DNA of 55,303 nucleotides from a virus: UHGV virus genome UHGV-0114783; one strand, 5' to 3'. Shown piece by piece: positions 49,246 to 55,303 of this stretch (position 1 is its first letter; each line of letters starts with the position of its first letter). The notes under the pieces were generated by a model. It saw only the letters and a program-made list of their open reading frames with translations, ran no database searches and was not told where the DNA came from. The position numbers and the translations under genes were made by a program.

Positions 49246-49986
49246 ATGCCAATTCCAACTCAATCACAGATCGGCGGTGAGCAGCAGACCGCGCAGGCCA
49301 TTGCCGATTCGGTGTCGACCCAGATGCGCGTAGCGATGCCCGGCATCATTCAGTCGTTCGATCCTGAGACTGTTACCTGCACAGTAGAGGTGGCGCTACG
49401 CGGTATTGTTGGCGATGGATCCACCGAATTAAAACCGCTGGTGGATGTGCCGGTTATCTTTCCTCGCGGCGGTGGTTGCACGCTGACCTTTCCGGTAAAA
49501 GAAGGCGACGAATGCCTGCTGATCTTTGCCGACCGTTGCATCGATTTCTGGTGGCAGAGCGGCGGCGTTCAGGAGACCGTCGATCCGCGACAGCATGACT
49601 TATCTGATGCGTTCGCCATCGTTGGCCCGCAGTCGCAAGCACGGAAAATCAGCGGTATCAGTACCAGCGCCGCGCAGCTGCGAACCGATGATGGTGCGGC
49701 GTTCGTAGAGGTTGCCGCAGGACATAACATCACCGTTCAAACACCGGGCCAGCTCACGGCTACGGCTGAAGGTGGAACGACAATCACATCCCCGACTATC
49801 ACGCTGAACGGCAACGTAACGATTAATGGCAATCTGTCTCAGGGAATGGGCGAAAGTGGCGGTACTGCGACGATGCTTGGGCCGGTGACGGTAACGAATG
49901 ACGTAACAGCTTCTGGTATCAGTGTCGCCACGCATAAACATGGCGGAGTACAGACTGGCGGGGGAACTACCGGAGGGCCGCAATAA
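49246..49986 (+). CDS. Baseplate central spike protein (gpV-like)
   Basis: 246-aa ORF with conserved FPRGGG..TFPVKEGDECL block and HKHGGVQTGGG end. Confidence 0.65.
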   Translation: MPIPTQSQIGGEQQTAQAIADSVSTQMRVAMPGIIQSFDPETVTCTVEVALRGIVGDGSTELKPLVDVPVIFPRGGGCTLTFPVKEGDECLLIFADRCIDFWWQSGGVQETVDPRQHDLSDAFAIVGPQSQARKISGISTSAAQLRTDDGAAFVEVAAGHNITVQTPGQLTATAEGGTTITSPTITLNGNVTINGNLSQGMGESGGTATMLGPVTVTNDVTASGISVATHKHGGVQTGGGTTGGPQ

Positions 49987-50339
49987 TGCGATACCGTCGC
50001 GAAGATACTGAAGGCGATTACACTTTCGGCCAGGGTGACGATACTTTCCTTATCGACAGTCCGGAATGTGTCGCCCAGGCCGTAAAAACCCGTTTCGAGC
50101 TGTGGCGCGGTCAGTGGTTTCTCGATCTGACGGAAGGCACGCCGTATGTTCAGTCAGTGCTTGGGAAGCAGCGATCAGATGTCTACATCCTGGCTATACG
50201 CGAACGCATACAGGATACACCGGGCGTTCTGTCGATTCTTTCCTTCGATACCAATTATGACGGCACCAGCCGTCGCGTCACCTTCACTTCCTCCATTGAC
50301 ACAATCTACGGCCAGACGACTGTAACAAGCGAGGCATAA
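49986..50339 (+). CDS. Baseplate wedge protein (gp25/W-like, putative)
   Basis: 117-aa ORF between spike and J-like genes. Confidence 0.45.
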   Translation: MRYRREDTEGDYTFGQGDDTFLIDSPECVAQAVKTRFELWRGQWFLDLTEGTPYVQSVLGKQRSDVYILAIRERIQDTPGVLSILSFDTNYDGTSRRVTFTSSIDTIYGQTTVTSEA

Positions 50340-51539
50340 ATGGCTTTGAACCTCGACACGCTGGGGCTATCGGCAACGGTAACCGCCCAGGGGATTAGTG
50401 CGCCTGATTACCAGACAATCCTAGATACACTGACCAGCTATTTCAGGCAGATTTACGGTAGTGATGCCTACCTCGAACCAGACAGCAAAGACGGGCAGAT
50501 GGTCGCGCTGGTGGCTCTTGCGGTGCATGACGCTAACAATACCGCTATCGAGATCTACAACTCTTTTTCACCGACGACAGCGCAGGCCGCAGCGCTTAGC
50601 AACAATGTGAAAATTAACGGGATCACGCGAAAAGTAGCGACAAACTCTACTGCTGACCTTCTGTTAACCGGTACGGCAGGCACGACTATCACGAATGGCT
50701 CCGCACGGGATAAAAACGGCATTATCTGGAATTTTCCCGCAAGTGTAGCGATCGGCGTTGATGGTACTGTGCTGGTGACGGCCACATGTGCGAATAGCGG
50801 TTCGGTTGCGGCGCTGGCCGGGACTATTACCACTATCAACACCCCGACCCGAGGTTGGGTGTCGGTAACCAATCCAGTTGCGGCTACTGTCGGTTCACCA
50901 GCCGAAACCGACGCAGAGCTGCGCATTCGGCAGGGGCAAAGCGTCGCGCTACCATCGATCACACCGTTTGAAGGTGTCGACGGTGCTATCGCTAATGTTG
51001 CTGGCGTGACACGTCACAAACTATATGAGAACGACACTGGGGCAACCGACAGCAACGGGCTGCCGCCACACTCTATTTCCGCCATCGTCGATGGAGGGGA
51101 TGTTACCGAGATAGCCCAGACCATCAGGGGGAATAAAGGGCAGGGAACCGCAACTTACGGTAAAACTTCTGTCACAGTGCCGGATACTTATGGTAATCCT
51201 CACGTCATCAGTTTTTCGCGCTCTACCGATGTGCCAATTTTCGTAGCCATTACCCTGAAAGTTTTTACCGGCTATACCTCTCAAATCGGCGAGCAGATTA
51301 AACAGGCTGTTGCCGATTATATAAATGGCCTAACAATTGGCGACGACGTTCTGCTGAGCCGTATTTATTCCCCGGCAAACCTCGGCGTTGTGAGCGGCGG
51401 GAATGCCCGCTATTACGATATTACCGACCTGCTGATCGGTAAGTCGTCTGGCAGCGTATCGGCATCAAACATTGATATTGCCTATGATGCTTCAGCGTCC
51501 TGTAGCACCGCGAATATCAGTATCACGGTGACCTCATGA
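50340..51539 (+). CDS. Baseplate J-like protein
   Basis: 399-aa ORF in the baseplate position. Confidence 0.55.
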   Translation: MALNLDTLGLSATVTAQGISAPDYQTILDTLTSYFRQIYGSDAYLEPDSKDGQMVALVALAVHDANNTAIEIYNSFSPTTAQAAALSNNVKINGITRKVATNSTADLLLTGTAGTTITNGSARDKNGIIWNFPASVAIGVDGTVLVTATCANSGSVAALAGTITTINTPTRGWVSVTNPVAATVGSPAETDAELRIRQGQSVALPSITPFEGVDGAIANVAGVTRHKLYENDTGATDSNGLPPHSISAIVDGGDVTEIAQTIRGNKGQGTATYGKTSVTVPDTYGNPHVISFSRSTDVPIFVAITLKVFTGYTSQIGEQIKQAVADYINGLTIGDDVLLSRIYSPANLGVVSGGNARYYDITDLLIGKSSGSVSASNIDIAYDASASCSTANISITVTS

Positions 51540-52216
51540 GCAAATACACCGAACTGATCACTAACTACCACGCTACCAAGCCACTCTTTTTTGACCATAT
51601 AGATCTGAGCACCCGCCCGCTGATTGATGTGTCCAGCACTATGTCAGGGCTTATAACAGCCTTCGATATCGATACTGCTGTCGGTGTACAGCTCGACATC
51701 CTCGGTCTGTGGATCGGACGCAGTCGCATAGTCAGCCAGCCAATTAGCGGAGTTTATTTCAGCTGGGACACTGACGGGCTTGGGTATGACCAGGGCATCT
51801 GGCAAGGGCCATATGATCCTGATTCTGGCTATACGACGCTAAGCGATGAGACGTACCGCATCATTCTGAAAGCGAAAATCGCTATCAACAACTGGGACGG
51901 TCGGAACGACTCTCTGCCTCCCATCCTTGACGCTGCTACCGCAGGCTCAGGCCTGAGGATGCAGATCGTCGACAACCAGGACATGACGATTTCGGTCTGG
52001 GTTTTCCCTGAAACTGATATTTCTGATGTGTCTCTCGAACTGATCGCCGCTATCAAACAGGGCTATCTCACCGTTAAATCAGCTGGCGTATGGGCCGGTG
52101 ATGTTGAAACGCCTTCGGTAGAAACACCGTCAGAAGGCTCTAAATTCTTTGGGTTTGATATGGATAACGAATACATCGGCGGGTTCGATGTTGGAGCATG
52201 GGGGACAATACTCTAA
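51536..52216 (+). CDS. Baseplate/tail protein (putative)
   Basis: 226-aa ORF directly upstream of the tail fiber gene. Confidence 0.45.
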   Translation: MSKYTELITNYHATKPLFFDHIDLSTRPLIDVSSTMSGLITAFDIDTAVGVQLDILGLWIGRSRIVSQPISGVYFSWDTDGLGYDQGIWQGPYDPDSGYTTLSDETYRIILKAKIAINNWDGRNDSLPPILDAATAGSGLRMQIVDNQDMTISVWVFPETDISDVSLELIAAIKQGYLTVKSAGVWAGDVETPSVETPSEGSKFFGFDMDNEYIGGFDVGAWGTIL

Positions 52217-53112
52217 TGGCAATAAACAACTTTAAACCTTTCGCGCTTGATCCGAACGCTAACGTCACCTCACAAGCTGACTGGGAAGCACTTCCGGCTC
52301 TGCTTTCAGGGTTTACGGCAGGTAAAGCATCCAGCGCACAGGTCAACAAAGCTATTCGGCAAGCCAGCTTTATCGCGGCAGCGTTGGCGCAGTACACCGC
52401 CAACAAAAGCGGGCTGGATGTGCTTGATGATGGAGACCTGAACGGGTTTATATCCAAAATGGGGACCGCTTTCGGGAAAGATTTCCAGGCGCTTGATGCC
52501 ACGCTGTCGGCATTAGCTGGGCTCGCAACAGGTGCAAATAAACTCCCATATTTCACTGGAAATGATACAGCAGCGCAGACTGATTTAACTTCTGTTGGCC
52601 GTGACATTATTGGGAAAAATACTATTGCTGACATTCTCACATACCTTGGTTTGGGAGAAGGCTCTGCATTACCTGTTGGTGTGCCTGTTCCGTGGCCTTC
52701 AGCTACACCACCGACAGGCTGGTTGAAATGCAATGGTGCAGCTTTTTCTGCTGAAGAATACCCGGAGCTGGCAAAGGCTTACCCGACAAATAAATTGCCT
52801 GATTTACGTGGTGAGTTTATTCGTGGCTGGGATGATGGGCGTGGAGTGGACAGTGGGCGAGCGTTATTGAGTGCTCAGAGCGATACGCTGCAAAATATTA
52901 CAGGTAGCTTTTGGGATATGACCACGGGGCCAAATAATAATACTGTCGGCGCATTTACCTCTTCAACATTGACACCAAATCTCGCATCAATTGCGACAGG
53001 TGGTACATATAAACAGGCGAATTATTATTTTGATGCATCACGTGTTGCCAGAACATCAACGGAAACACGTGCGCGAAATATTGCATTTAACTTTATCGTG
53101 AGGGCTGCATAA
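52216..53112 (+). CDS. Tail fiber protein (constant N-terminal part plus current-orientation variable C-terminal part)
   Basis: ORF track 52198..53112 trimmed to ATG 52216; C-terminal WLKCNGAAFSAEEYPELAKAY..LPDLRGEFIRGWDDGRG collar-like motif; gix-like site inside the gene. Confidence 0.7.
   Translation: MAINNFKPFALDPNANVTSQADWEALPALLSGFTAGKASSAQVNKAIRQASFIAAALAQYTANKSGLDVLDDGDLNGFISKMGTAFGKDFQALDATLSALAGLATGANKLPYFTGNDTAAQTDLTSVGRDIIGKNTIADILTYLGLGEGSALPVGVPVPWPSATPPTGWLKCNGAAFSAEEYPELAKAYPTNKLPDLRGEFIRGWDDGRGVDSGRALLSAQSDTLQNITGSFWDMTTGPNNNTVGAFTSSTLTPNLASIATGGTYKQANYYFDASRVARTSTETRARNIAFNFIVRAA
52634..52659. promoter_or_regulatory. gix/hix-like invertase crossover site (left), within the tail fiber gene
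   Basis: TTCTCACATACC-TT-GGTTTGGGAGAA, two 12-bp half-sites in inverted orientation; inverted copy near 54495..54520. Confidence 0.5.
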
Positions 53113-53714
53113 TGGATAACGCTGTATTAAATAGCGAGCTTATTGCCACGAAGGCGGGGAATATTACCGTCTATAGCTATGATGGTGAAACTCGGGAATA
53201 TATTTCCACTTCAAATGAATATCTTGCCGTTGGTGTCGGCATTCCGGCATGTTCCTGTTTAGATGCCCCTGGCACACATAAGGCTGGTTATGCAATCTGC
53301 CGTTCTGCAGATTTTAACTCATGGGAATATGTGCCAGACCATCGCGGTGAAACGGTCTATAGCACCAAAACAGGAGAATCAAAAGAAATCACCGCTCCGG
53401 GTGATTACCCTGAAAATACAACCACTATCGCCCCATTAACGCCATACGATAAATGGGATGGTGAGAAATGGGTGACGGATACTGAGGCACAGCATAGCGC
53501 CGCAGTAGAAGCGGCAGAAGCACAGCGCCAGTATCTGATTGATGCTGCTATGGCTTCCATCAGTCTGATTCAACTGAAATTGCAGGCCGGACGTAAACTG
53601 ACGCAGACTGAAACAACCCGCCTTAACGCTGTGCTGGATTACATTGACGCGGTGACGGCAACTGATACCAGCACCGCGCCAGATGTCATCTGGCCTGAAC
53701 TGCCGGAGGCGTAG
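53112..53714 (+). CDS. Tail fiber assembly protein (Tfa)
   Basis: 200-aa ORF immediately after the tail fiber gene; C-terminal LNAVLDYIDAV.ATDTS.APD..WPE motif shared with the minus-strand Tfa. Confidence 0.7.
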   Translation: MDNAVLNSELIATKAGNITVYSYDGETREYISTSNEYLAVGVGIPACSCLDAPGTHKAGYAICRSADFNSWEYVPDHRGETVYSTKTGESKEITAPGDYPENTTTIAPLTPYDKWDGEKWVTDTEAQHSAAVEAAEAQRQYLIDAAMASISLIQLKLQAGRKLTQTETTRLNAVLDYIDAVTATDTSTAPDVIWPELPEA

Positions 53715-54159
53715 GCCATTCAATATCTGGAGCACTGGAAGTATCGACCATTTCCAGTGCGTCCAGGTAATCCAGCCACAGATTATATTGCGCCAGTTCC
53801 TCACCTTTCAGACGACCAATAGCCGCTTTACCGGGCCATTGTTTATTGTTCATGTATTCGTTGGCCTGGTTAATCAATTGCTGCTTTTTCAATTCGGCTG
53901 CGGCAATCTGTTCCTCATGTGTTGGTGGTGGAATATCTGCCCATGATGGCATTCCATCTTCACCAACGCATCTGTATTTTCCTTCTGGTGCTGGTTTAAG
54001 TGCAAATTCTTCGAAAACAGAATATTTAACGGGTTTTGCATCTGCTGGAAAAGTATTAGATTTAATATATTCTTGTTTCAAATGCTCAGGGTAAAATGCA
54101 TTATTTATAGAGCTGTAGTATATTATGTTCGACATTTTATAATCCTTATGGGAGCTCAA
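53686..54159 (-). CDS. Alternative tail fiber assembly protein (Tfa')
   Basis: 157-aa ORF on the opposite strand with the same C-terminal motif (LWLDYLDALEMVDTSSAPDIEWP). Confidence 0.65.
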   Translation of the reverse strand: MSSHKDYKMSNIIYYSSINNAFYPEHLKQEYIKSNTFPADAKPVKYSVFEEFALKPAPEGKYRCVGEDGMPSWADIPPPTHEEQIAAAELKKQQLINQANEYMNNKQWPGKAAIGRLKGEELAQYNLWLDYLDALEMVDTSSAPDIEWPTPPAVQAR

Positions 54160-54527
54160 TATCCCAGTACCAGAAAATCACCTGTTTCAGTTGCGGCTGA
54201 AGTTGATATAGTCCTTGCAGCACAAATGGCCTTTAATTCTGTTTTTGTTAGTTCGGACACTCCCCAGGAATTAATACCTATTGGGCCTGTGGATACTGCG
54301 GTTTTTTCAGCAATAAATGCCATAAATGCAGAATTTGGAAAAGCAATAGGATAACTTCCTGTTGCAACACCAGTTTTACTATCAGAAGGTCCGATTATTC
54401 CCCATTGGATAATAAAAGACTTCCCCTCTATAACAGGGATTTTTATCCAGCCAGATGATGATAAAGAGCCACTAATCGCAGGCAATTTGGCCGCTTCTCC
54501 CAAACCAACCTTTTTTATAACCATCAA
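54156..54527 (-). CDS. Alternative tail fiber C-terminal segment lacking its own start (expressed only after inversion)
   Basis: 123-aa reading frame with no in-frame ATG (TTG only; in-frame stop just upstream); ends at the Tfa' start. Confidence 0.55.
   Translation of the reverse strand: MMVIKKVGLGEAAKLPAISGSLSSSGWIKIPVIEGKSFIIQWGIIGPSDSKTGVATGSYPIAFPNSAFMAFIAEKTAVSTGPIGINSWGVSELTKTELKAICAARTISTSAATETGDFLVLGY
54495..54520. promoter_or_regulatory. gix/hix-like invertase crossover site (right), inverted relative to the left site
   Basis: TTCTCCCAAACC-AA-CCTTTTTTATAA; reverse complement shares GGTTTGGGAGAAG with the left site. Confidence 0.45.
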
Positions 54528-54579
54528 AAATCTGGTGATGCTTCGCCGTTTCTCCTGTTTTCATAACAGGAGAAATCCC

Positions 54580-55128
54580 ATGATTTACGGTTATGCCCGA
54601 GTATCAACAAACCACCAGGACACTGAATTGCAACTAACGGCGCTCAAGTCAGCGGGTTGTGAGAAAATTTTTGAAGAGCATGCCAGCGGGAGGAAATCGA
54701 ATCGGCCGGTTCTAAAACGGCTGATCGCCACTATGCAGCCGGGGGATGAACTGGTGGTCTGGAAGCTGGACAGGATAGGCCGCAACGTTCTGCATGCGCT
54801 GTTGATGTTCCAGCAGTTACAGGAAAAGGGTATCAACTTCCGCAGTATTACCGATGGCGTGGATCTCAAAACAGCCAGCGGCCGCTATAACTTTCGTAAC
54901 ATCCTTTCCGCAGCACAATATGAATCTGATCTTAATAGCGAACGTACCTTAGCAGGGCTGGCCGTAGCCAGGGCAAAAGGGCGAGTTGGTGGTCGCAGGC
55001 CTAAGTTCACGGATGAGCAATGGCGGGAAATGGGGGAGCGGATGGCAACCGGTGAATCACGACAAAGCGTATCAAAAACGTATGGAGTAGGGCTCTCAAC
55101 TCTGTATAAAAAGTTTCCAGCTAGCTGA
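54580..55128 (+). CDS. Serine recombinase, DNA invertase (Hin/Gin/Pin/Cin family)
   Basis: ORF track 54487..55128 trimmed to ATG 54580 (AGGAG upstream); N-terminal MIYGYARVST with catalytic-Ser context, C-terminal HTH. Confidence 0.85.
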   Translation: MIYGYARVSTNHQDTELQLTALKSAGCEKIFEEHASGRKSNRPVLKRLIATMQPGDELVVWKLDRIGRNVLHALLMFQQLQEKGINFRSITDGVDLKTASGRYNFRNILSAAQYESDLNSERTLAGLAVARAKGRVGGRRPKFTDEQWREMGERMATGESRQSVSKTYGVGLSTLYKKFPAS

Positions 55129-55248
55129 TAACGGGAAAGAAACAGAGAAGGGCACAAATATTGTGTACTTTAATGTGCCCTTTAATTTATTGATTGGTGG
55201 TTAAATTGTCCGTAACTTTTTGATTTAAGTGCAAATTTCTAATAAGTT

Positions 55249-55265
55249 AGAACACTTTCTTAAAT
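55249..55265. repeat. Right copy of 17-bp direct repeat, candidate attR core
   Basis: Exact match to 39..55, just past the invertase gene at the right end. Confidence 0.5.
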
Positions 55266-55303
55266 GGTTTCACTGAAACGTGTTCATAGACTCCTGCCGC
55301 TAC

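Larger units (their letters stand above)
52647..54507. other. Invertible tail-fiber segment (Mu G-segment-like)
   Basis: Carries fiber C-terminus and Tfa on + strand and an alternative start-less fiber C-terminus and Tfa on - strand, flanked by inverted gix-like sites with a serine invertase adjacent. Confidence 0.5.
39..55265. mobile_element. Integrated temperate phage (lambdoid-type early/lysis genes plus contractile-tail structural module), carrying a nested insert
   Basis: Integrase at left end, invertase and tail fiber at right end, full complement of phage modules in between, flanked by a 17-bp direct repeat. Confidence 0.8.

Noticed and set aside
54487-54579. N-terminal extension of the invertase ORF from a TTG
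   Set aside because: The extension runs through the gix-like site; the ATG at 54580 has an AGGAG upstream and the MIYGYARVS start typical of serine invertases.

Overview
The window reads as one integrated temperate phage of an enterobacterial host, about 55 kb, bounded by a 17-bp direct repeat (39..55 and 55249..55265). A second, roughly 12.9-kb integrative element is nested inside its head-gene cluster, and this is the most interesting thing in the window. All family assignments are from reading the translated ORFs and recalling protein families; no database search was run.

Outer phage, left to right:
- Integration and recombination: tyrosine integrase, excisionase-like gene, RecT and a large RecE-like exonuclease.
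- Immunity and replication: CI-like repressor, Cro-like regulator with operator repeats and a PR-like promoter, CII-like gene, O-like initiator with intragenic iterons, P-like loader.
- Nin-like region: YbcO-like and RusA genes, then Q-like antiterminator.
- Lysis: a membrane-protein moron, holin-like genes, GH19-type endolysin, overlapping Rz/Rz1 spanins.
- Head: HExxH protein, TerS, TerL, portal, head morphogenesis protein, scaffold-like protein; after the insert, a structural gene and the major capsid gene.
- Tail: sheath/tube-like genes, tape measure with a transglycosylase motif, baseplate hub, spike and J-like genes, and a tail fiber whose C-terminus lies in a Mu G-type invertible segment next to a serine invertase.

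Nested element (about 25390..38328): its own P4-type integrase, AlpA-like regulator, a two-gene module of unknown function, a repeat-rich non-coding region resembling P4-type RNA immunity, a divergent recombinase-like gene, a zinc-ribbon/TOPRIM/Walker-A primase-helicase, about a dozen GAACCAAC iterons, diverged second copies of the phage baseplate hub and spike genes, and an orphan diverged TerS. It is flanked by imperfect direct repeats and looks like a satellite or island integrated into its likely helper phage. Whether it is mobile and what its accessory genes do is inference.
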